Source: a virus
IMG/VR virus record: IMGVR_UViG_3300044733_000695
Coordinates: 1-64,000 of that record
Reading direction: 5' to 3' (one strand)
Length of the DNA stretch: 64,000 nucleotides
Numbering within the stretch: the stretch's first letter is position 1; each line of letters opens with the position of its first letter. The position numbers and the translations under genes are program-made. Shown here in pieces: positions 1-8,638 of the stretch. The notes beneath the pieces were generated by a model. That model was not told the DNA's origin and made no database searches. It worked only from the letters and a program-made list of their open reading frames with translations.

Positions 1-108
1 CGTCGTCGGCGGGACTATCTCCGGCCCCTGCATCCGGCTTATGGGTGATGGTCAGCCTTCGTCGCTGACAGGACTAACTCCGGGCCATGCATCCGGCTTG
101 TGGCTGAA
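1..108. repeat. 108-bp exact direct repeat, copy 1
   Basis: cgtcgtcggcggg...tggctgaa is identical to 40568..40675; the copies diverge at 109/40676. Confidence 0.95.
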
Positions 109-470
109 GTGATACTACCGCCCTGGTCACGCATGGTCAACCGTTGGGCATCCTCAACGCTGCGTGCCACGCCAGCAATGCCGCCGGCAGCTTGCACCGC
201 ATCAAGCCACTGCTGCTGCTCTGGCCTGAGCCTGCCGGTGGGTGTCTTGACCTCGATGCTGAGAAACACAGCCACCTGGGTGCCGACCATCTCAGGGGTG
301 ACGGTGACCGTCCGCCAGCCGATCAGGTCAGCACTGCCCTTGGCCAGGCCAAACTGCACAGGGCGGCCATGCTGGTCGCGCAGGGTGCCGGTGTTGTTGC
401 GGAACACCTTAATATCACCGTGGCTGATGGCTAGCCGGATTTCCTGCTGGATGCGTTGCTCGCTCACCAA
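39..470 (-). CDS. VRR-NUC domain nuclease
   Basis: SEQRIQQEI...GSADLIG...IEVKTPTGRLRPEQQQWL motif; homolog at 49121..49486. Confidence 0.85.
   Translation of the reverse strand: MVSEQRIQQEIRLAISHGDIKVFRNNTGTLRDQHGRPVQFGLAKGSADLIGWRTVTVTPEMVGTQVAVFLSIEVKTPTGRLRPEQQQWLDAVQAAGGIAGVARSVEDAQRLTMRDQGGSITSATSRMHGPELVLSATKADHHP
112..140 (-). promoter_or_regulatory. Sigma70-like promoter firing into the repeat element
   Basis: Minus strand TTGACC-17 nt-TAGTAT; expected start site near 105-107. Confidence 0.7.
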
Positions 471-1024
471 TAACTCTTAAGTGCGTCTTGCAATGATAAT
501 CCTTTTTGCTTGTGCATTGTGCAAATATGATCAACAATTTCAAAGATTGCTTTAGATTCGCTTTCTATCCAACTCAAAGGCAATATAACAGACGTTCGTT
601 TTCTATTTTCTGCAATTCTAGTCAACTGACACCTGCCGTCTGGATTAAGTTTTGTTTTTGCCATTGCTCTAATAACCCAACCACGTCCATGTGCTCGTTT
701 AATTTTTAAGCGCAAATCTTCGACCCACTGCTCTTCCGTCGCAACTTGCGATTTGCGCCATTTCTGCAATTCTTCAATATCATTTTTAAGGCTGACCACA
801 AGATCAACTAAGTCAGCAAGCTCAGATGCTGGTTCACTTGGCGTTGCAGCATTGTTACTTAAAAATGCTGCTAGCGCTTCATTTACGACATCACTTGCAT
901 CAATGTTTATCCCATTTTCCTGCTGTCTGTTGACATAAGACTTTAAGCGGTTTGCTGTCTCAGGCTGCACATACCAGGCGCGATTAACCCACGAATCGCG
1001 TTTGCTAGTTGCTGCTACTGTCAT
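464..1024 (-). CDS. AT-rich inserted gene, putative DNA-binding protein (RHH-like N-terminus)
   Basis: ATG overlaps the helicase stop; visibly AT-rich; no equivalent between helicase and VRR-NUC in phage B. Confidence 0.65.
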   Translation of the reverse strand: MTVAATSKRDSWVNRAWYVQPETANRLKSYVNRQQENGINIDASDVVNEALAAFLSNNAATPSEPASELADLVDLVVSLKNDIEELQKWRKSQVATEEQWVEDLRLKIKRAHGRGWVIRAMAKTKLNPDGRCQLTRIAENRKRTSVILPLSWIESESKAIFEIVDHICTMHKQKGLSLQDALKSYW

Positions 1025-2388
1025 TTGACTTTGCTCCATTGTCCTTTGGTTTGACGGGCGGCCAGAACATGCTTTGCCCATGCCACCGGGTTTTTGTAGC
1101 CTCTTTGCTGACCTAGCGCAATGAGTTGTTGCAGAGTTTGCGCGTTGCCTTGTTCGCGGCGTTGCTGGCGTTGCAACTCCTGCAGCTCACCCTCGACCAC
1201 CTTTAGCTCCCTGGCCTCCTGCGGGGCGAACACATGCCCGCAGTCAGGGCAGACCTGTGTGGCGCTCATGCTGGTAGCGAAGCACACCGGGCACACCTTG
1301 ACGCTGGGCGCTTGCTCGCGGTCGCGCTTTTTGGCACCATCCAGTGTCCAGTCGCGGTCCTCAAGGTGATGCCCTAGCCTGAGCGTGTTGCCCACATGGT
1401 CCAGCACCACAGCGGTCTTGCCGTGGCTTGGCCTCAGGCAGCGGCCGATCATTTGCAAATGCAGGCTGACGCTCTGCGTTGGCCTGAGCAGGATGCAGCC
1501 GCCGACGCTGGGCACGTCTACGCCCTCGCCAATCAAGCTGCAACTGGTCAGCACCTTGATGCGGCCAGTGCCCAATGCTGTTAACAGGTCTCTGCGCTGG
1601 TCGGTGGTCATGGTGCCATCAATGCTGGCGGCTGGGATGCCCTGGGACATGAATAGCGCCGCAACCGCTTCGGCATGCGCCACTGAGCAGCAGAAGGCGA
1701 TAGCTGTCTGCCCTGCCAGGTGCTTGCGGTAGTGGCTAACGCAGTCGCCCATGATGGTCCCGACGCGCTCCTCTGCTTGCTTGGCGTCAAAGTCGCCCAT
1801 CTTCTTGCGCAGCCCGGCAGTGTCAAACCCCGGCGGTGCCAGCACGCGAGCATTGGCTAGGTAGCCGTTATCGGTCAGCCACGCAGCGCTGGGGCCCTGC
1901 ACCATGGCCTCATAGTGGTCACCAAGCCCACGACCGTCACCACGGCATGGCGTCGCTGTCACTCCTAAAACGTGCGCTATTTGGAAATGGCGAATGACCG
2001 TCGCCCACTGGCCTGCATTGGTGTGGTGCGCCTCGTCCACCACCAAGAGCTGAAAGAACTCCCCCGGCAGCTTGTGCAGCCTCCGGGCAAGGGTCTGCAC
2101 ACTGGCCACCTGCACCGCATGGCTTAGGTCCATGTTGCGGCCTGCTGCGATGCGGCCATGCGTCACGCCCATAGCCGTAAGGCTGCGGCTGGCCTGGTCC
2201 AGCAGCTCTGCGCGGTGGACAAGTATGCAGACGCGGTTGCCTTTTTTGGCGGCGGACTGGGCGATATAGCTGAAGCACACCGTCTTGCCGCCGCCGGTTG
2301 GCAGCACTGCTAGCACTGTGCGCTTGCCGAGCTGGTACTGCAGGCGGATATCGGTGATGAGTTGTTGCTGGTAGGGGCGGAGGTTCAT
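1021..2388 (-). CDS. Superfamily 2 DEAD/DEAH helicase with C-terminal Zn finger
   Basis: LRPYQ, PTGGGKT, DEAHH, TATP, QMIGR motifs; CPVC..CPDC. Confidence 0.93.
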   Translation of the reverse strand: MNLRPYQQQLITDIRLQYQLGKRTVLAVLPTGGGKTVCFSYIAQSAAKKGNRVCILVHRAELLDQASRSLTAMGVTHGRIAAGRNMDLSHAVQVASVQTLARRLHKLPGEFFQLLVVDEAHHTNAGQWATVIRHFQIAHVLGVTATPCRGDGRGLGDHYEAMVQGPSAAWLTDNGYLANARVLAPPGFDTAGLRKKMGDFDAKQAEERVGTIMGDCVSHYRKHLAGQTAIAFCCSVAHAEAVAALFMSQGIPAASIDGTMTTDQRRDLLTALGTGRIKVLTSCSLIGEGVDVPSVGGCILLRPTQSVSLHLQMIGRCLRPSHGKTAVVLDHVGNTLRLGHHLEDRDWTLDGAKKRDREQAPSVKVCPVCFATSMSATQVCPDCGHVFAPQEARELKVVEGELQELQRQQRREQGNAQTLQQLIALGQQRGYKNPVAWAKHVLAARQTKGQWSKVK

Positions 2389-2894
2389 AATCCTCTAGCA
2401 AAAACTCCGTGCAACTGTTGAGATGCTTTGCAATAAGCGGCGTGAGCATCCTCTGCCGTATCAAAATATCCAAGATTCTTTTTTACGCCATTTGATTGTA
2501 TTTGCGCATTCCATTTGTTTTTCGATTTTTTCCAGCTTACGCCTTTGTAGCCGCTGCTGCTATTTTTTGGAGCGCCGCGATTGCAGGCATTTTCTGTATT
2601 ACTTGCCAACCGAAGATTAACAAATGAATTGTCACTTGGATTTGAATTAATGTGGTCAACATGAAAGTCGCCAGGGTCTTCTCCTGTCGCCAATAGCCAA
2701 GCCAGTCTTTGCGCTTGATATTTGCGGCCATTAATCCTGATGCGCTTGTATCCATTGGCATCAATACAACCAGCTTCGGCTCCTGCAGTTTTTCCTCCTG
2801 CAGCCTTTTTCCAAGAAAAAAATCCGGTTTCCTGATCGTACTGAATAAGTTCTGTAATCACCTCAAGAGGTGGTAATGGGACTGATTTGGTCAT
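2385..2894 (-). CDS. HNH homing endonuclease with AP2-like DNA-binding domain
   Basis: VDHINSNPSDNSFVNLR and SSGYKGVSW...LGYFDTAEDA; AT-rich. Confidence 0.88.
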   Translation of the reverse strand: MTKSVPLPPLEVITELIQYDQETGFFSWKKAAGGKTAGAEAGCIDANGYKRIRINGRKYQAQRLAWLLATGEDPGDFHVDHINSNPSDNSFVNLRLASNTENACNRGAPKNSSSGYKGVSWKKSKNKWNAQIQSNGVKKNLGYFDTAEDAHAAYCKASQQLHGVFARGL

Positions 2895-2962
2895 TGGCAC
2901 TGCTGGTGGCCTTGCAACCTTAGCAAAAAGCGCTAGGCTGCGCAAGCCCACCGCTAAAACCC

Positions 2963-3136
2963 ATGGAGCTAGCTCACCCGCTTTCGGTCCAGTTCACGGC
3001 TGAACAGCTTGCTTGGCTTGATGCCCGTCGCGTCGCTGGCTTGTCCCGTAGTGCCGTGCTGCGACTCGTAGTCGAGCAGGCCATGCGCCTTGACAAGCAA
3101 GGCCTGCTGCCTGCTACGGGACGCCGCGAGTCATGA
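2963..3136 (+). CDS. Small ribbon-helix-helix-like regulator (57 aa)
   Basis: MELAHPLSVQFTAEQLAWLDARRVAGLSRSAVLRLVVEQAM; stop overlaps primase ATG; TTGCAA-16-TAGGCT upstream (2912..2939). Confidence 0.6.
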   Translation: MELAHPLSVQFTAEQLAWLDARRVAGLSRSAVLRLVVEQAMRLDKQGLLPATGRRES

Positions 3137-5175
3137 GCAGTGACCTGTTGGCGCAGCTCATGAAGCTGCCACGTGACTGGTCTTATGTGCCAGTTGATGG
3201 CGAAAAACGGCCATACATCAAAGATTGGCAGGATGGCCACATCACTCGCGCTCAGCTTGGCAATGAGCTGAAGTCTGGCCGCGCCAAGGCAATTGGCGTT
3301 TGTTGCGGCACCCTTAGCGGTGGCCTGCTGTTCGTTGACCATGACGGCAAGTCCGCGTCGCGGCTGTTCGATGAATGGGGCATCCCGGTCAGCTCGTTGC
3401 CGCAGTCTTGGACCGTAACCAGTGGCCGCGACGGGCGGTTTCAGATCATTTACCAAGTGCCTCAGCAGTACTGGGCAGACATCCGCACTCGTAAGTACAA
3501 AACTGGCGTCATTGACAGCGAAGGCAAGCCCGAACAGGTTGAGCTGCGCTGGGATGGCTGCCAGTCCGTCATTGCCGGTGCGCACCCGTTGACCTCTGGC
3601 TATAGCTGGGTGCCAGGTCGATCGCCAAGCGATGTGGACATTGCTGAGGCACCGGCGGATTTGTTAGCGCGGATGCTACGGCAGCCTGTGCAGGCGCCGT
3701 TGCCGTTGATGACTGCTGCCGGCAGTGACGACACAGCGCGAGCGCGGTCATACCTCGAAGCGCTGCAACCCAGCCGCGCTGATGACTATGACCAGTGGCT
3801 TGAGGTGGGCATGGCACTACACAGCGTCGACGATGCCCTGCTGGCTGACTGGATCAACTGGTCAGCGCAGTCATCCAAGTTCAAGCCCGGTGACTGCGAA
3901 CACAAGTGGCGCGGCTTCAAGTCTGGCGGTGGCATCACCCTTGGCACCCTTGGTCAACTGGCCAAGCAAGATGGTTGGCGCGGGCGGCAGCAACTTGAGC
4001 CTGTCCGCCGTGAGCGGCCTGCAAGCAAGCAGCCGCCGTCAGCGGTGAACCCGCAATTGCAGCCGATGAATGCTGCAGAGCTGCTCAACCTGCTGCGGCA
4101 CGGCGACAGCGCCTACCGCTACAACACCTTCACCCAGCGCATTGAAGTAGACGGCGCTCCCATTGAAGGCGCCGAGCGGTTTTACCTCACCCTGGCAGAG
4201 ATGGGTTACAAGGTCTCCAAGGAGGTTGCCCTGGACTGCATTGTGCAGGTGGCTAACGAGTCGCCTTATGACCCGGTTGTCGAGTACCTCGACCGCGTTG
4301 CCGCAACCGTTGCGCCTGCTTACATCGAAGCGCTGTCCACTGGCTACCTGCGACCTAGTGACACGCCAGGCACCATCTACGACGAAATGCTAAAGCGCAC
4401 GCTCATCGGTGCAGTTGCACGTGCCTACAACCCTGGTTGCAAGCACGATACCGCTTGCGTGATCATGGGCGACCAAGGCGCTTACAAGTCATCATTCTGG
4501 AACTGCCTTGCCGGTGACTTCTTCAGTGATGCCTTAGGTGACATCAGCTCAAAAGATGACCTGATGGTATTACACCGCTCTTGGATTATGGAGTGGGCAG
4601 AGCTTGACCATGTAACCAATCGCAAGCACGCCGGTCAAGTCAAAGCGTTCCTATCGCAGGCGGTTGATATGTTCCGCGTGCCTTACGGCAAGTCAACTGA
4701 AGCATTCCCTAGGCGCGGAATCATTGTTGGCACGACTAACCGAACCACCGGCTTTTTGGTGGATGAAACTGGCAACCGGCGGTTCTGGGTCATACCCACA
4801 ACCAAGACGCAGGCTGACCAAATTGACACCGCCGCGCTATTACTGGAGCGTGATGCAATATGGTCCGCCGCTGTTGCTGCATACCGCAATGGTGAGACCA
4901 GCAGGCTGCCTGCTGACATGGAACGCCTGCTTGCAAGCGAAAACGAATCTTACGTCGTGGACAATCCTTGGCAGGCTGAAATTGAAGCTTGGTTAAAGAA
5001 GAATCCACTTACGGACATTACCACTGAGAAGTTGCTCACCGATGCCATTAAAAAGCCCGTTGAACGCCAAAGCAGGGGTGATCAGATGCAAGTGGCGGAC
5101 GTGCTCAAGCGGCTGGGTTACAGGCGTTACCGAGGCAGTATCGGCGGAAGCAGGGCTTACGTCTACCGGCGGTGA
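3133..5175 (+). CDS. Primase-polymerase / PriCT-2 / VapE-type helicase replication protein
   Basis: N-terminal Prim-Pol (VDHDG), YDQWLEVGMALH PriCT motif, P-loop GDQGAYKS, DETGNRRFW. Confidence 0.9.
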   Translation: MSSDLLAQLMKLPRDWSYVPVDGEKRPYIKDWQDGHITRAQLGNELKSGRAKAIGVCCGTLSGGLLFVDHDGKSASRLFDEWGIPVSSLPQSWTVTSGRDGRFQIIYQVPQQYWADIRTRKYKTGVIDSEGKPEQVELRWDGCQSVIAGAHPLTSGYSWVPGRSPSDVDIAEAPADLLARMLRQPVQAPLPLMTAAGSDDTARARSYLEALQPSRADDYDQWLEVGMALHSVDDALLADWINWSAQSSKFKPGDCEHKWRGFKSGGGITLGTLGQLAKQDGWRGRQQLEPVRRERPASKQPPSAVNPQLQPMNAAELLNLLRHGDSAYRYNTFTQRIEVDGAPIEGAERFYLTLAEMGYKVSKEVALDCIVQVANESPYDPVVEYLDRVAATVAPAYIEALSTGYLRPSDTPGTIYDEMLKRTLIGAVARAYNPGCKHDTACVIMGDQGAYKSSFWNCLAGDFFSDALGDISSKDDLMVLHRSWIMEWAELDHVTNRKHAGQVKAFLSQAVDMFRVPYGKSTEAFPRRGIIVGTTNRTTGFLVDETGNRRFWVIPTTKTQADQIDTAALLLERDAIWSAAVAAYRNGETSRLPADMERLLASENESYVVDNPWQAEIEAWLKKNPLTDITTEKLLTDAIKKPVERQSRGDQMQVADVLKRLGYRRYRGSIGGSRAYVYRR

Positions 5176-5430
5176 TGTCCTACCTAGGTGGGGATGGTGT
5201 CCTACCTCAAAATCCCTGAGATCCTTTCTGGCGCAAGAGGTTTGGGGCAATCATCCCTACCTGCCAGTGTCCTACCTACTTCGCAGAATCCCCTACGCGC
5301 CCTTTCCTTCTCTTCTTTTTATTACTCTTTAAGAGTAGGAGAGGAAGGTAGGACGGATGCCGAGAACGCCTGCGCTGCATGGGAACTGCCCTGTCCCACT
5401 TCTGCCCTACCTGCGTTTTGGGTGGGACAT
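5176..5430. repeat. Convergent CCTACC/GGTAGG short repeats, candidate replication origin
   Basis: Several gtcctacct/ccctacct copies followed by inverted gtagga/ggtggga copies directly after the primase gene. Confidence 0.5.
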
Positions 5431-5461
5431 GCCCTAATCTGCCGCCTTTGGAGCCCGCCTG

Positions 5462-5737
5462 ATGCGTGAAGTCAAAGTCCGTTTTGAAGAGCCTGACCTG
5501 TTGGCACTAGACCAGCAGGCCGCAGCGGCTGGGCTGTCCCGTGCGGAGTTGATCCGCAGCCGGGCGTTGGTGTCGAATTGCGACAGTGGCCTTACCGTTG
5601 CTGGTTATCACCGGCTAGTGTCCGATGCGCTTACCAATGTGCGCGGGGACATCCCACGCCGCATGGTTGAGCAGCTTGTCGCTTATGTCATCACATGGAT
5701 CTCGTCAACACCTCACCCAAGCAGCAACCAGTCCTGA
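5462..5737 (+). CDS. CopG/RHH-like DNA-binding protein
   Basis: VKVRFEEPDLLALDQQAAAAGLSRAELIR. Confidence 0.6.
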   Translation: MREVKVRFEEPDLLALDQQAAAAGLSRAELIRSRALVSNCDSGLTVAGYHRLVSDALTNVRGDIPRRMVEQLVAYVITWISSTPHPSSNQS

Positions 5738-5907
5738 ATCGCCTCAGCGACACCATGGACCATGCACTTGCTTATGCCGCCGCAGTTGTGGATAATGCCA
5801 CCGATGACGGCGTGCCCATCCCTGCTGAACTGGTCGCCAGCTTTGCCGCTGATTACGACCGCATAATCCTTTACCTCACCCAAGCGGCCAGTGTCGGATC
5901 CCGTTGA
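5695..5907 (+). CDS. Hypothetical protein
   Basis: ORF overlapping both neighbours in the operon. Confidence 0.5.
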   Translation: MDLVNTSPKQQPVLNRLSDTMDHALAYAAAVVDNATDDGVPIPAELVASFAADYDRIILYLTQAASVGSR

Positions 5908-6094
5908 CCACCCAAGTCACTACACCAGCAGCAGCATTGAATGCATTGATGCAATCCGCGCAGCACTCACACCAGAGGAATGGCGCGGTTACATCAAAGG
6001 CAATGTTATGAAATACTGCTGGCGCGAGAGGCTTAAGGCTGGCGACATTGACCTAGCCAAGGCTGCTTGGTATCTCACACACCTGCACCAATGA
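5891..6094 (+). CDS. DUF3310 (SaV-like) protein
   Basis: DPVDHPSHYT..IECIDAI..KGNVMKY.WR. Confidence 0.85.
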   Translation: MSDPVDHPSHYTSSSIECIDAIRAALTPEEWRGYIKGNVMKYCWRERLKAGDIDLAKAAWYLTHLHQ

Positions 6095-7131
6095 AGCTCA
6101 TTACCACACAGGGCGACCTCGCCCATGCGCTACGCACCATTGCCCCAGCCATCAGCACCAGCAACAGCCACCCGATCTTGAGCTGCTGCCTGCTTGCTGC
6201 CGATGGCGCAACCATGACCGTCACCGGCTTCAACCTGGACCTTGGCATCAGCGTCACGGTCCCCGCAGCTGTAGAGGCACCTGGCACCGTCGCGTTGCCG
6301 CACAGGCTGCTAGCGGGGCTTGTAAGCCGCTTTGAGGATGGCGAGGTGCTCACCCTGTCAGATGGCGCTCTGACGGCCTGTGGCGCGTCCTACGGCCTTG
6401 CAGCGATGGATGCTGAGGATTTCCCCGCCATGCCCGTTGTAGAGGCACCTGGCGCTGAGCTATCGCTATCCGACGGTGTACGCGCCTGCCTGCCGTGTTG
6501 CAGTACCGACATCAGCAAGGCCATGCTCTCCGGCATTCACATGGCAGCCGGCTACATGGAGGCCACTGACGGCCACCGGCTCATGCGCATCCCCGTAGCG
6601 CTACCAGACGGCATTGACCTGGTGCTACCCGCCAGCACGATGAAGCTGCTGCAGGATCGCACCGTCACCGTGGCAGCAGCAGCCGGTCAGGCCGTCATCG
6701 ATGCCGGTGATGGCATCACCATCTACAGCCGCATCCTTGATGGCAAGTACCCCGATGTGGCAGCGCTGGTGCCCGCCAGCTTTGAGCACACCATGACCCT
6801 GGACCGGCACCGCTTTGCCCGGTGCCTGGAGCGTGTCGCGCTGATCGCAGAGGCGCACAACTCAGTTGTCAAGCTCACTGCAGTCGATGGCTATGTGGTC
6901 ATCACCGCCGAGGCTGATGCCAACAATGGCAAGGAGCGCCTTGACTACGACGGCGACGGCACCGGCGCATGGGCGTTCAATGTCCATTACCTGCTTGATG
7001 GCCTCAAAGCCATGCGCGGTAACGAAGCCGTGCTGCTTTCGGCCAATTCAGCCACGACCCCTGTAACATTGCAGCCAGCAGACAAAACTGGTATGACCTA
7101 CCTGGTCATGCCGGTGCAAATCAGAGAATGA
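6091..7131 (+). CDS. dnaN: DNA polymerase III beta sliding clamp
   Basis: HPILS, ATDGHRL, ILDGKYPD, FNVHYLLD, YLVMPV motifs. Confidence 0.92.
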   Translation: MKLITTQGDLAHALRTIAPAISTSNSHPILSCCLLAADGATMTVTGFNLDLGISVTVPAAVEAPGTVALPHRLLAGLVSRFEDGEVLTLSDGALTACGASYGLAAMDAEDFPAMPVVEAPGAELSLSDGVRACLPCCSTDISKAMLSGIHMAAGYMEATDGHRLMRIPVALPDGIDLVLPASTMKLLQDRTVTVAAAAGQAVIDAGDGITIYSRILDGKYPDVAALVPASFEHTMTLDRHRFARCLERVALIAEAHNSVVKLTAVDGYVVITAEADANNGKERLDYDGDGTGAWAFNVHYLLDGLKAMRGNEAVLLSANSATTPVTLQPADKTGMTYLVMPVQIRE

Positions 7132-8315
7132 CATCCATCAAGGATTTAAAGTCCGATCACAAAAACGCCCGCAAGCGGACAGACCGCTCAGCCAAGCTCA
7201 TTGCTGAGTCGCTGCAGCGTTTTGGTGCCGCACGCAGCATTGTCATCGACGAAGAGAACCGCATCCTTGCTGGTAACGGCACCATTGAAGGCGCCAAGGC
7301 AGCAGGCATCAAGAATGTCCGGGTCATCGAAACCGATGGCACCGAAATCATCGCTGTCAAGCGCACGGGCTTAACCGAAGACGAGAAGATCGGCCTCGCT
7401 TTGGCCGACAACCGCACCAGTGACCTGTCTGATTGGGACAAGGACATGCTGCAGCAGCTCAGCGCAGAGCATGACTTAGCGCCATGGTTTGACGCCGATG
7501 ACCTAGCCGAGATCCTTGGCACCGTTGAGGAGTTACCCGCCGAGGGTTTGACCGATGCCGATGATGTACCTGAGGCGCCAGAAGAGCCGGTCACCAAGCT
7601 TGGCGACCTCTGGATCCTTGGCGATCACCGCTTGCTTTGCGGGGATAGCACTGACGTGCTAGCTGTTGAGCGGTTGATGGATGGGCAGAAGGCCGACATG
7701 GTGTTCACTGATCCGCCTTATGGGATGAGCTATCAATCCAACATGCGAACAAAGTCAGCTAAGTTCGCAGTACTGGAAAACGATGACAAGATCATCACTG
7801 ACTGGATCCCACTCGCCACTGCCTTCTCCTCTGGCTTCTGCTTTATCTGGACAACCTGGAAAGTCCTTGATCAGTGGTTAGATGCGACTAAAGACTTTGC
7901 ACCCTTGACTAACATGGTCGTATGGGATAAAGGCGGCGGTGGCATTGGCGACCTCCAGAAAACCTATTTGACAGACCATGAGATTGCGCTGGTTTTCAAC
8001 AGGGGCGCATCCCTCACCGGAAAGCGCATCGGCTCTGTTTGGGACATTGGCAAGGACCGTGCGACGGATTACGTTCACCCAACGCAAAAGCCAGTAGCCC
8101 TCGCTGAGCTGGCACTTGATACCACCACAAAACGCGGACACGTCATCCTTGACTTTTTTGGCGGTAGTGGCAGCACGCTTATCGCCTGCGAACGCCAGCA
8201 TCGCCATGCCCGCCTCATGGAACTCGACCCCGCCTACTGCGACGTGATCGTTCAACGGTGGCAGGCATTTACCGGCAAGCTCGCTACCCTTGAGGAAACA
8301 AAGGAGGCGTTCTAA
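7128..8315 (+). CDS. ParB-like N-terminal domain fused to N4/N6 DNA methyltransferase
   Basis: ILAGNG..LADNR; DPPY, HPTQKP, DFFGGSGS. Confidence 0.9.
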   Translation: MTSIKDLKSDHKNARKRTDRSAKLIAESLQRFGAARSIVIDEENRILAGNGTIEGAKAAGIKNVRVIETDGTEIIAVKRTGLTEDEKIGLALADNRTSDLSDWDKDMLQQLSAEHDLAPWFDADDLAEILGTVEELPAEGLTDADDVPEAPEEPVTKLGDLWILGDHRLLCGDSTDVLAVERLMDGQKADMVFTDPPYGMSYQSNMRTKSAKFAVLENDDKIITDWIPLATAFSSGFCFIWTTWKVLDQWLDATKDFAPLTNMVVWDKGGGGIGDLQKTYLTDHEIALVFNRGASLTGKRIGSVWDIGKDRATDYVHPTQKPVALAELALDTTTKRGHVILDFFGGSGSTLIACERQHRHARLMELDPAYCDVIVQRWQAFTGKLATLEETKEAF

Positions 8316-8638
8316 TGGCCGCCCCCAAGGGCACACAAGCAGAAACTCAGTTACGCGCTCAACGCTTTGCTCGCATCATTGCAAGTGGTGGGCGCAGGTC
8401 TGACTGTGTTCGCTATGCTGCCGAAAATTGGGGGGTTGGTGAACGGTCTTGCGATAAATACCTCGCAATGGCCCGCGACCAGCTCAAGGCTGATTGGGAC
8501 ATTGAACGCCCGCAAATGGTGGCTGATCTGCTGAGCCAGTGCAGCACTTTGCAGATGGAAGCTAGGCGGGCTGGGCAGTATCACATTGCCCTTGGTGCGA
8601 TCAATACCGCAGCCAAACTGGCGCAGCTCTGCTCATGA
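8315..8638 (+). CDS. Putative terminase small subunit
   Basis: Small HTH-like ORF directly upstream of the large terminase. Confidence 0.6.
   Translation: MAAPKGTQAETQLRAQRFARIIASGGRRSDCVRYAAENWGVGERSCDKYLAMARDQLKADWDIERPQMVADLLSQCSTLQMEARRAGQYHIALGAINTAAKLAQLCS

Noticed and set aside
1-108. Repeat as a CRISPR array or REP element
   Set aside because: Only two degenerate adjacent units, no unique spacers, no cas or RAYT gene; the GCCGGATGC match to REP is short
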